Below, one piece after another: positions 52,811 through 64,000 of a DNA stretch of 64,000 nt. The notes under the pieces were generated by a model, which was not told where the DNA came from, made no database searches, and saw only the letters and a list, made by a program, of their open reading frames with translations. Position 1 is the first letter of the stretch; each line of letters starts with the position of its first letter. The position numbers and the translations under genes were made by a program. The stretch lies in contig NC_043024.1 in the NCBI RefSeq assembly GCF_006345805.1, positions 17,732,001-17,796,000 on the forward strand, in the 5' to 3' direction. This DNA comes from Octopus sinensis (Eukaryota).

Positions 52811-53500
52811 TGTAACCTTTTAATCAAAGCATGATAACGTGGATAGAGGCTGATATCTTAACATTTCTGATGGTCCTAAGTATAAAAAAAATTATTAAAG
52901 ATTTATATAGAACTACATTCAGAGTATGTCTATAAGCTATTGTGTTTAGACCTGGTTTCTATCCTCAAACTGTTCTGTTATGTAGATGCAATTTTTTTTT
53001 TTTCTTAATAAAGCTCTCTGAAATTAGGAAAATCAAAAATCTGCAACAATCTCAGTCCCATGAGTATCGGATAATGGATTTTCAACTGTGTAAAGAAACT
53101 GATTGTGATGATTATAGTTTTGACGGTGATTGTGGTGAAAGCAGAGACAGTGTTGATGATGACGATGGTCAAGATAAGTATGGGAGGAGGATAAAATAGT
53201 ATTGGTGGTTATAATGGCGTCAGGAGCGACATGATGTGTGATGCTGAGGTGATGATGGTGGTAATAGTGGTGTTGATGATAGTGTTAGTTGTGTGATGGT
53301 GGTATTGCAGTGGTTATACTGGTTGTAGTGGTGAAAGTGACTGCCAAGGTAGCCATCATGGTAACATTGATGGTGATGTCTGTGGTTGAAGTGGAAGCAA
53401 TGACTATGCTGCTGATGATGTTGATGGTTGTGAACTGCTTCAGATAATTCCTGTTTTTAAAGGGTTTTTAAAAAAAAAATCATGTCTGTGTTATTTTTTT

Positions 53501-53631
53501 TTACCCCCGCCAAGGAGGTTATGTTTTTGCCGGCGTTGGTTTGGGAAATTGGGCGATTTTCAGCATGCGTGTATATGAGTGAAGATGAGCTGCTTGGCAG
53601 AGGTCTGCACTCTCCGAGTGCTTTTATGGTT
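53501..53631 (+). mobile_element. Short Helentron/DINE-like copy
   Basis: TTACCCCCGCCAAGGAGGTTATG..GGCAGAGGTCTGCACTCTCCGAGTGC (3' hairpin GCACTC/GAGTGC)..TT. Confidence 0.6.
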
Positions 53632-55047
53632 ATTATTGTTATTAGTGTGGAGCTGGTTTGATAGAATTGGTAGAGCACTCACAAAAATGTTGGCACTGTA
53701 TTATTCTCCTTTTTGTTCCATGGGCAAAAAACACAAAATTTGATTGTTGCCCAACAAACATTGGTCTGTTCTCTTGTTTACCACTGTGTCCAGTTTCTAA
53801 TAAAGTCTAGTTAACTGCAGGAGGGGGGGCTACGATGAAGAGACTAGAAAAGTACACAGCAAATTACAGTCAGAGAATGTAGAACACTTCATCAGCAACT
53901 CTTTATAAAATGTCTGTAACATCTTAAAACATGAATTTAATGGTTTCCATCTTCCCCCCCCCCCACACACACACCCACTCACAAAACATTGAATGTTCTC
54001 TGCTATTTACCATTAAAATGTTTCTGTGTCCATTCCACACTGAAATCATTCTTCAAATTATGGAATATTTGTGTCTGTTTGATTTTTGGAAATTATAGTC
54101 CCCAAATTAGAAATTATCTCTGCCAATAATTATGTAGGAAATTCTGGTCCACTTAACACATCTGATTCTCTGCAGAGAAATCTTCGCATTTTAACTGACT
54201 CTGTCCATCATTTTACCTAAACTAAAAATAATTTGTCCTCTTGGCATGTACAATGATTGCTTGGTCAGCACACTTTACAGACCTCACTTGCAATGGTTGG
54301 TCTTTATAGGCTGGTAAAATGTTATTATTATTATTATTATTCATAATAATAATGATGAAAACAATTTTTTGTTGTTTCTTGGTTAATCTTTTGTGACCTT
54401 AATTTTGTTAGAGCTTTCTGGATAAAAGTGAAGTGTGTTACATGTTAGGAATAAAATAATTCAAAAACCCAATCTTCAGCTACATGTCATGACTAATATT
54501 TCTGATTTCACTTTTGATGAAAATCACTGAAGATCTTATCTCTCTCTCTCTCTCTCTCTCTCCCTCCCCCTCTCTCTCTCCCTCTCTCTATCGTATGTCT
54601 TTTAGCATTTTATATCCCCCACCAAAAAAATATTAATGTGGTTGACATTAGGAAGGGCATCCAGCTGTAGAAACCATGCCAAAATAGACTGGAGTCTGGT
54701 GCAGCCCCTCAGCTTACCAGCCTTGGTCAAACTATCCAACCCATGCCAGCATGGACAATGGATGTTAAATGATGATGATAATAATGGTGATATGTTTGGA
54801 GTGGGTCTTCTTACATACTTTTGTCTACTTCATATATTATTTCTGGTAACGTCCAATGCCATAAAATGACAACAAGTAGTCACGCCATGCAGTTTATTCA
54901 TAATTTGATTCATGGCATTCTCTCTTGTCATTGCAGACATCAAGCCAAGGGGGGACACTTTACAGTTTAACACATCTTATCTTTCTAACACACTAAGTGA
55001 GTGATAAGTTATGTTGAAGAAATAAAATAACAGAAAACCAAACTGTA

Positions 55048-55361
55048 TCATCATCATAATTATCGTTTAATGTCTGCTTTCCATACTAGCATGGGTTGGA
55101 CGATTTGACTGAAGACTGGCAAACCAGTTGGCTGCCCCAGGCTCCAATCTTGATCTGGCAGACTTTCTACAGCTGGATGCCCTTACTAATACCAACCACT
55201 CCGAGAGTTAGTGGGTGCTTTTATGTGCCACCAGCATGAGGGTCAGTCAGACGGTACTGGCAACGGTCATGCTCAAATGGTGTTTTTTATGTGCCACCTG
55301 CATAGGATCCAGTCTAGCGGCACTAGCAACAACCTCACTCAAATATTTTTTCACATGCCAG
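55048..55361 (-). mobile_element. RTE 3' UTR copy with 2-3 units of the repeat-seed motif
   Basis: CTGGATGCCCTT tail; GGTGCTTTTATGTGCCACC at ~55214 and GGTGTTTTTTATGTGCCACC at ~55279; a third degenerate unit follows. Confidence 0.85.
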
Positions 55362-55566
55362 TAAGGCATAGTTAAAAAATAGCTTAATCATGTGGTCAAG
55401 TTTGCTTGGACATTTTAAACCTGCATTAATAGTGGGAAGAATTTGGAGAGGCATTCATTACATACATTGTGTTCTAACGACCAGCTTGAGCAGGGCTCTG
55501 ATTTGGCTTCCATATCAGTAGGTCACTTGTCAGCTCTTATAAAAGTATATAGGAACATATATTGTA

Positions 55567-56486
55567 TTGAGTCATCCCATAAATAATGCAGTTTTTTCGG
55601 ATGCATGAACTAAAAGTTGGAGGGGGACGGCATAAACTACCTGCATCAATTTGTTATAGAAGCATGTAGTAATTTTACCTTGTCCTTATTCTTAGTGCAA
55701 GTCTTGAAGAGTGCAGTTCGATTTTAACAGTTATTTTTTCAAAGTTATAATGGAAGTGACAAAGAAGCATATTTGGCATATTTCACTTTATGAGTTCAAT
55801 AAAGGCAACAACGCAATGGAAAGTGTGAGGAATATTAATGCAGTATATAGGGATCGGACAATAAGCGTAAGCCAGTTTCAACAGTGGTTCCAGAAATTCC
55901 AAGCCGAAAATTACAGCCTAGAAGACAAGCCCTGTCCTGGAAGATCTGTAGAGCTCGACGAGGATGTCCTGCAAACCCTGGTGGAAGAAAATCCTGTTGT
56001 AACTGTTGAGGAACTAGCAGAGAAGCTTGGATTTGGTCATTCAACCAGTTATTCAAATCAGTGCTAGAAGAAAAACGACCATCTTTGGTTTCCAGATGAT
56101 CGGTGTTCTTCCACCAGGATAATGCCCCAGCCACATGCACCAAGGGTGACATTCCAAAGGCTGGAGTAGTTTGAATGGGAAACGATGGTTCACCTACCAT
56201 ATTCACCAGACATTGCCCCATCTGATTATCATTTACTCCACAGTCTTCAAAATCATTTGGACAGAAAAAATTTGAATTATGTAGATGAGATCTGAACAGG
56301 AGGAGTATTTTTTGTCACAGACAAGTGAATTTTAGAAGAGGAGACTTGCAAGTCTACCAGATAGATGGAAGGGCATTGTAGAAAATGAAGGAGAGTATAT
56401 TTTAGATTAAAAAAGAGCTTTGTTTATCTTAATTATGAAAAAAAAAACAAATATAAAAAAACTGCATTGTTTATGGGATGACCCAA
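55567..56486 (+). mobile_element. Mariner transposon with an internal deletion (920 bp)
   Basis: TA|TTGAGTCATCCCATAAATAATGCAG / CTGCATTGTTTATGGGATGACCCAA|TA; HTH ORF MEVTKKHIW..WFQKF..EELAEKL; HQDNA and YSPDIAPSDY motifs. Confidence 0.93.
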
Positions 56487-58827
56487 TATGTAAGTACTTA
56501 TATACTCGTGTATAAGCATACTATATGCTAATAGAGTATCTAAGTATACTATAGTGAGAATATTACGATAGTTAATGCTGACTTCTGTAGTTGTTCATAT
56601 TGGACATTTAAGAACCTTAATTGTTTGTTGGAAAAAAAAAAGTTCATGATTTGCTGTGAGGAGGTAAAAAATACAAAGTTTTTGAAAAGTTGGATTTTTC
56701 ACTCCTTGAAATTTTTTCAGCTAAAATGTTGGCATTATACTCCTCAAGGCACATCAAATTACTTAATTTCTTTTATCTTTCATGGATTAACTTTCCTGAT
56801 TGCAAGTCAAAGCACCTGGAGTGTTTTTAATTCTAGATCCAACATTTTAAAGAATCAACTTGAGGCAGAAGAAAAGGAAAAAAAATTTTTTATAACAATG
56901 GTACATTTGTGTTGTTAAGTAGATTGCTTTGTAACTACATGGTCTTGGGATCAATCCTACTTTAAACAAGGGTCTTTGTTCTGAGTGATGATGTTAACAA
57001 AAAGAAAAAAAGAGGTAGAATCTGTGTGTGTGTGTGTGTGATTTTCTTATGGCAGCAAGGTGGCAGAACCATTAGCATGCCAGGCAAAATGCTTAGCAGT
57101 ATTTTATCTGCTACTACCTTCTGTGTTCAAATTTCACCAAGGTCAACTTTGCCTTTCATTCTTTCGGGATCAATAAATCAAGTACCAGTTACTAGCCTCT
57201 TTCCCCAAAAATTTTCAAGGCCTTGTGCCTAGAGTAGAAATAATTACTTCATCTCAGACTCTTCCTGATTTTGGTGTGGTCTTCATGACATTGTGTACTT
57301 GTTTTATCGATATCTGTTTATCAAGTTGCTAAGTTATATCTTTAACATAATGGGAAGCAACTTGATGCATTGGCTTGCATTGATAAACATAGGCAGACAC
57401 AAACTGAGAAACACACACATATATATCTATTTTTATATACACATACATTAATACACACACACACACACATAAATGTAAGTACACATATATTACATGCGTG
57501 TATAATTATGTATGTGTCTGTGTGTATGATGGACTTGCCCATCATTAGACAACATATGGGAGTTCAGCAATTTCTTGCCAAACAACCACACAGTTGATTT
57601 GTTTATAGCAATCAAATGTTTGTGTAGACATAAGCTCACTCACTCCATCAGATTGACATTACCTGCACAGGTGCAAGTGGGTGCCACATGTCAGATGACG
57701 AAATGATCGCAGAGCAACGTGAAATGAAGTGCTTTGCTCAAGAATACAGCACAATGCTTGGTCTGGGAATCAAACCTACGATATTGCAGTCGTAAGTGCA
57801 ACACCCTAACCACTAAGTCGTGTGACTTCACACACACATAACTGTCCAACCTATGTCAGCAGGGAAAATAGGTATTAAATGATGATAAAATTATGTGTAT
57901 GTATGTATTTATAAGTGTGTATGTGTGTGTGTATATATATTTATATGTATATATATATTAGTGTGTGTAGCTATGTGTATTCATATATACATATATGTAC
58001 GAGTGTGTATATGTGTTTGTTTGACACACATAGATACACATATATATAAAGAAAAGTGTGTTTATGTTGTGGGAGACCCAAAGATTTCTTTTATATTTTT
58101 TGTCAACACCATCATCATCATCATCATCTTCTTTTCTTCTTCTCTTTCCTAGTTGACCTTTTGTATGTTGTTCAGTGGTGTAGGTCACATGTTGTTATTG
58201 CAGAGTGGCCTCAGGCCACGTCTGATGTCAAGTACACAGCCAAAATGATTAACTGCGACAAACAGACAAACATCAACCATGGCTGTCACCACCAATTCCA
58301 CCAGCTGTATACAAACAGCAAACAAGGAAACTTCAGCATTCACTTGACTAGAAACAGCAGCCAAATCTCTTTCTTACGATGTTAGGAGTGGACACATTTG
58401 GATCATGTGCTCTTGGTTCCTCAGATATAGGGGAAAGAAAATGGGGTAGTCATGGCTGGATTGCTTTTGTTTATAGGCCTCCTTGATCAAGACTGACCGG
58501 ATGTTAGACATTAAGAATAGACAATCTATTACCAATATTATACTTGCTGTCGGAAGCCTCTGAAAGGCTGAAATAACAGCCATAAAGGTTTTCTTTTTTC
58601 CTCGAAATATTTAAAATTATTTTGATTTTGAAATTCATTTTCAGTTTCCAAAATTTACTTTCATTTCAAAATCTTTGTCTTTTCTTTTGAAATGTAAATC
58701 TGATTTCCCAACCACATGGTTTCGGGTTCAGTTCCACTGCATGGCACTTTGGGCTTGTGTCTTCTTCTAAAGCCTTAGGCCAACCAAAGCCTTGTGAGTG
58801 GATTTGGTCAGCAGAAACTGAAAGAAA

Positions 58828-59057
58828 GGCAGCGAGCTGGCAGAATCGTTAGCATACTGGGTGAAATGCTTAGCAGTATTTCGTCTGCCATTATGTTCTG
58901 AGTTCAAATTCTGCCGAGTTCGACTTTGCTTTCATCCTTTCAGGGTCGATAAATTAAGTACCAGTTACGCACTGGGGTCAATGTAATCGATTTAATCCCT
59001 TTGTCTGTCTTTGTTTGTCCCCTCTATGTTTAGCCTCTTGTGGGTAGTAAAGAAATA
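58828..59057 (+). mobile_element. SINE-B (alternative tail) inserted into a SINE-A head
   Basis: 15-bp TSD AGAAACTGAAAGAAA at 58813-58827 and 59058-59072. Confidence 0.92.
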
Positions 59058-59334
59058 AGAAACTGAAAGAAATCCATTATGTCTATGTACGGAGCCTCCC
59101 TTGCGATAAATGCCCCACATTCTTCTATGTCACCCTTGGTTTGAACACTCTGGCACCCTCTGCACCCATCAATTTGAAGGGCCTTAATCACTCGCTATAG
59201 ATTAACTACTCAGACACGAGTAATGCTGCCCCTGTCAATGATTATTATATGTGTGTGTGTTTGTGTCTCTTTGTTTCCATATCACATGATAGTCGTAAAT
59301 GAGTGTCACCATCATACAACCATGACAACAACAA

Positions 59335-59765
59335 CACAATGGTAGTGGTGGTGGTGGTGGCGGTGGTGATGACGGAAGTAGTGGTGATTATGGTGGTGAT
59401 GATGATGATGTCATGGTGGTGGTGATGGTGATGTTTTTCTGGTGGTGGTGGTGGTGATGATGACGATGTCATGGTGGTGGTAGTGGTGATGATGATGATT
59501 GCTGGTGGTGGTGGTGGTGGTGATGATGATGATATGGTGGTGGTGGTGGTGGTGGTGGTGGTGATGATGATATGGTGGTGGTGGTGATGGTGGTGGTGAT
59601 GATGATGATATGGTGGTGATGGTGGTTGTGAAGATGATGATATGGTGGTGATGGTGGTTGTGGTAGTGGTGATGATATGGTGGTGATGGTGGTTGTGGTA
59701 GTGGTGATGATATGATGGTGATGGTGGTGATGATGATGCTTTGGTGGTGGTGGTGGTGGTGGTGA
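59335..59765. repeat. (GGT/GAT)n tract
   Basis: Direct reading. Confidence 0.95.
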
Positions 59766-60609
59766 TTTTTTTGTTTTATTATCGAAATTTATTTTTAGTA
59801 TTAGAATTTAGTTTTGCTTTCAAAATGTAATTTTGTTTCCAAAATTTATTTTTACCTTTGAAATGTATTTTCATTTTGAAAGAAATTTTTTTCCATTTTG
59901 GTAATGCTACTTTTATTTTCACAATTTGGCTTTTATTATGTACTTTTTTCCAAAAATATTCTTTTTCACCGAACGCTGCATTCACCATGTATATTTACAT
60001 GTAGCAAACAAACCAATGAGAGACATTCTACATGCTAAAATTAGCAGCTAAATGTCCCTCGTTACTTTCTACCATTTTAAAAACATAGCATGTTAAATAA
60101 TTCACACCTTATTACTCCTAAATAGAGCGGATGGTCATAACTGGAGAGGCTTTCATCATGGGGCTGCTCAATCAGGGCTAATCACCACCATCTCCACTAC
60201 TACTGCAACCAACATTTTCACCACCACCAACACTACCACCACAACCATCAACAACACTGTGAACTAGTCAAGTGCCTCTAAGTGATGTATGGCCTGCTAG
60301 AAACTACAGCTAAATCTTTCTCAATCTACTACACCCTCCCACTTTATAAAAGGAAGGACACATTATGCAGAGTTGTTATGGCATAAACACCTTAGATGAG
60401 AACTGACCTAGGGTTAATTAACAACATGTAATGAATGTAAAAGGTCAAGTTGATGACCCTTCAGATGACCAGTGAAAGGCTTGGGAATCCCCTGCAGGGG
60501 TCAAAACTGGTCCCTCTGTCATATTGCTTGACCTGCTAGAATTTCAGCCAAAGCTCCCTCAAGTTACAATCTGCCATCTAAAGCAAAAAAGGGGTCAGAC
60601 CTTGTAAAA

Positions 60610-60986
60610 TATATGTGGCACTCTGTCAGTTACGATGACGAGGGTTCCAGTTGATCCAATCAATGGAACAGCCTGTTCATGAAATTAACAAAAGTAGCTG
60701 AGCACTCCACAGACCCTTAATGAAGTTCTTGGGGGAGATTCAGCATGACACAGAGTGTGACAAGGCTGGCCCTTTGAAATACAGGTATAACAGAAACAGG
60801 AAGAAAGCATGAGAGAAAGTTGTGGTGGATGAGTACAGCAGAGTTCACCACCCCGCCTGCTGGAGCCTTGTGGAGCTTTAGGTGTTTTCACTCAATGAAC
60901 ACTGACAAAGCCCGGTCAGGGATTCAAAACCGCGATCCTACAACTGCAAGTCCACTACCCTAACCACTTGGCCATTGTGCCTCCAC
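60610..60986 (-). mobile_element. Chimeric SINE: family D head and body with the family E tail
   Basis: 60986-60790 aligns to 10594-10790; 60785-60610 aligns to 16950-17120. Confidence 0.8.
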
Positions 60987-60994
60987 TATATAAT

Positions 60995-61420
60995 ATAACC
61001 CTAGATGGAACACATGAAAGAGGGAGACCTAGAAAGACATGGGACAAAGTACTGAAAGACAAGTTCCACATACTGAACCTCTCAGACAAGATGACAAAGG
61101 ACCGAGATACCCAGTACTTGTTTACTCAAGAAAGCCCATCGTCCACAGCAGAAGTGTTAAGACCACCACCCCCTGGTGAAGTGGGTTGGCCTGCAAGAGT
61201 TGTGTGCCAGTACCACATAATAACCACCCATGCTGGTGCCACATTAAAAGCACCCAGCACACACTGTAAAGTGGTTGGCATTAGGAAGGGCATCCAGCTG
61301 CAGGAACTGTGCCAAATCAGATTTGAACCTGGTACAGCTCTCCTGCTTGCAAGCTCTGATCAAACTGTCTAATCCATGCCAGCATGGAAAATGGACATTA
61401 AAGGATGATGATGATGATGA
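60995..61420 (+). mobile_element. 5'-truncated RTE copy with a single seed motif
   Basis: TLDGTHERGRPRKTWDKVLKD..MTKDRD; TGCTGGTGCCACATTAAAAGCACC once at ~61231; AGGAAGGGCATCCAGCTG; (GAT)n tail. Confidence 0.88.
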
Positions 61421-61604
61421 CACCAGAAGATAGGGTGGTCATGATGGGGTTGTCTTCAACCATGTGTCTCCTAGATCTAGGGCTAGCCTACAGCTAAAGA
61501 ACAACATTAAATTATCACATCTCAAATTGTTTCTATATTCTGACTTAATTCAATAAATTTTCAGGAATTTTACCAAATTCTTTCATTTTTAATTGTTTTT
61601 ACAT

Positions 61605-61712
61605 CTATTTCTGACATTTATTAATTTTTCTCTTTTTCTTCTTCTTTCTTCTTCCAGGTAAGATTCTCCTCTTATTTTTACAATCAGTGACCTTTCAACC
61701 TTGTAGGTAAGA
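61605..61712 (+). other. Candidate splice signals: branch point, polypyrimidine tract, AG|GTAAG, then a second AG|GTAAG 49 nt later
   Basis: CTGAC at ~61611; ~30-nt pure T/C tract; CAG ending 61657 directly followed by GTAAGA; TAG|GTAAGA at 61706/61707. Confidence 0.45.
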
Positions 61713-61924
61713 TTTATTTTTACATTCTCTTTTGTGTTTCAATGGTTTCAATCATTAGACTGTAGCCATGCTGGGGCATCACTTTGAAGAACATTTAGTC
61801 GAATGAATTAACGTTGCTTTCGTTCATACTTTAAATTAAAATTACTATAATTTTGAATTTTTATCACTTCTTCTTCTCCTCCTCCTTCTTCTTGCTGTTC
61901 TTGTTGTTGTTGCTGCTGCTGCTA

Positions 61925-61974
<50 letters not shown>

Positions 61975-62149
61975 TTGAGTGAGAGATCAGTGCATGCCAT
62001 CAAAGTGACACTGGGGTAAAATATATGAAGCCCAGTATACCCATCATGACTACCTGTCTGATAAGGGTACACCAGGCACATGCATAACAACCATATGTGC
62101 ATGACATGGTGATCTCATATCAAGATAAACAGCACATGATCTTGTAGGT

Positions 62150-62550
62150 GGGGCAGAATCATTAGCACACTGGACGAAATGCTTAGCAATATTTTGTCTG
62201 TCTTTTTATTCTGAGTTCAAATTCCACTGAAGTCAACTTTGCCTTTCATCCATTCAGAGTTGATGAATTAAGTACCAGTGAAACACTGGGGTCAATGAAA
62301 TCATCTAGTCTCTTAATTTCAGGCCTTGTGTCTTTAGTAGAAAGGTTTATTACTATAAAAGCAGTCAGCGTACTGGACAAAATGCTTAGCGGTATTTTGT
62401 CCATTGCTATGTTCTAAGTTCAAATTCTGCCAAGATCAACTTTGCCTTCCATCCTTTAGATAAAATAAGTACCAGTTGTGCACTGGAGTTGATGTAATTG
62501 ACCTACCGCCCCACCCCTGAAATTGCTGGCCTTGTGCCAAAATTTGAAAC

Positions 62551-62552
<2 letters not shown>
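62150..62552 (+). mobile_element. Two tandem SINE-B copies
   Basis: Family B motifs occur twice, ending in (ATT)n. Confidence 0.8.
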
Positions 62553-62595
<43 letters not shown>

Positions 62596-62958
62596 CACCT
62601 CAATGCCGTTAGGTTGTTGATTGAAGATATTGTGTCTACCGGGGTTTGTATTGTTTGTCAAGTCACAACAAGGGCCTCAGGCAAACTACTTTATGCAATA
62701 TGCATGCAGTTCCAAGTAATACTGACTTTTGCAATACACCTAGATTGTAGGGTATTTCTAAGGTTTTCAGATGTTTTTTTCAGATTGGGTGGTATTGAAC
62801 CCAATGCTCCGATGACAATAGAGATAACCTTTATGCTTGACTCTCGTAGCTGCCACATATTAGCAATCTCAATTCTCAGGTCTCCATATTTATCAACCTT
62901 TTCCCTTTCCTTCATGATATGTTGATCTCCTGGAACTGCTTTGTCGATTATTAGGCAC
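62596..62958 (-). mobile_element. R4/Dong-like non-LTR retrotransposon 3' fragment (restriction-like endonuclease)
   Basis: CLIID.AVPGD..EREKVDKYGDLRIEIANMWQL..VISIVIGALG, then after a frameshift LQKSVLLGTACILHKV; flanked on both sides by (ATT)n. Confidence 0.85.
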
Positions 62959-63054
62959 ATTATTATATTATTATTATTATTATTATTCAGTACCCGTTGA
63001 GCGTAGGGGGTTGAAGTAATTCACTAACCCCACCCCTTCCCTGAAACTGTTGGC

Positions 63055-63545
63055 TCTGTGGCAAAATTTGAAACCATTATTGATATTAGTTTCAAATTTT
63101 GACACAAGGCCAGCAATTTCAGGGGTGGTCCTAAGTTTATTACATTGACCCCAGTGATCAACTGGTACTTATTTCACTGACCCCAGAAGGATGAAAAATA
63201 AATTCAACTTCAGTGGAATTTGAACTCAGAACATAAAGCTGCATGAAACACCATGAAGCATTTTGCCCAGCATGCTAAAAGTTCAGCCAACTCGTCTCTT
63301 TAAAACCATTATTATTATTATTATTATTAAGGTGGCAAGCCAGAATTGTTAGCATGCCAGGCAAAATGCTTAGCGATATTTTGAATGGCATTATGATTTG
63401 GGTTCAAATACTGCTGGGGTTGACTGCTTTTCATCCTTTCAGGGTCGAGGAAATAAGTACCAACTGAGCACTGGGGTTGATGAAATCAACTTAGCCCCCC
63501 CACCAGAAATACCAGGCCTTGGGCCTATAATAGGAAGGATTATTA
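63055..63545. mobile_element. Divergent pair of SINE-B copies (minus 63055-63300, plus 63328-63545)
   Basis: Family B motifs on opposite strands around an (ATT)n run. Confidence 0.75.
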
Positions 63546-63584
63546 TTAAGGTGGCAAGCTGGGATTCTTTTCTTTCTTTTCTTT

Positions 63585-63956
63585 TATTCTTTTATTTGTT
63601 TCAGTCATTTGACTGTGGCCATGCTGGAGCACCACCTTTAGTTGAGCAAATCCACCCCAGGACTTATTCTTTTTAAGCCTAGTACTTATTCTTAGCTGAA
63701 CCACTAAGTGACGGGGATGTAAACACACCAGCATCAGTTGTCAAGCAATGTTGGGGGAACAAACACAGACACACAAACATATACATACATATATATATAC
63801 ATATATATGACGGGCTTTTTTCAGTTTCCGTCTACTAAACCCACTCACAAGGCTTTGGTCGGCCCAAGGCTATAGTAGAAAACTCTTGCCCAAGGTGCCA
63901 TGCAGTAGGACTGAACCCAGAACCATGTGGTTGGTAAGCAAGCTAATTACCACACA
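63585..63956 (-). mobile_element. SINE family A
   Basis: Reverse-strand tail, hinge and head. Confidence 0.9.
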
Positions 63957-64000
63957 AAATGCTTAGAAGCACTTTTTCCATCTCTTTACATTCTGAGATA

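Noticed and set aside
395-58188. Many short YI/HT/CV-rich ORFs
   Set aside because: Translations of (TA)n, (CA)n and (TG)n microsatellites.
58130-58385. Acceptor-like TTCTCTTTCCTAG followed by an open frame
   Set aside because: No convincing donor, unrecognisable peptide, and the frame runs into an old repeat.

Overview
Eukaryotic, AT-rich, repeat-saturated DNA with no intact protein-coding gene, rRNA, tRNA gene or CRISPR array that I can support. The tRNA-headed SINE families, RTE 3' tails and dense microsatellites resemble octopus (cephalopod) genomes; this taxon call is pattern recognition, not a search result. The window holds dozens of SINE copies and fragments of RTE, CR1-like and R4/Dong LINEs. 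It also holds mariner, Tc1, maT-like, hAT, piggyBac-like, Helitron and Helentron-type elements. Three things stand out. (1) A 10.3-kb, ~390-unit 26/27-bp satellite (36346-46668) sits inside the 3' UTR of one truncated RTE copy; sister copies carry 1, 2-3 and 12 units of the same motif. (2) Three unrelated microsatellite-embedded fold-back cassettes of graded age (12.5, 22.7, 35.1 kb) occur, two with partial hammerhead-ribozyme cores and a Penelope-like architecture. (3) A tandem AG|GTAAG recursive-splice-like site lies at 61657/61706; with TE strand bias it suggests a long intron of a + strand gene. All very long ORFs in the track are repeat artefacts. Coordinates were read by eye and are approximate unless a TSD or TIR fixes them.
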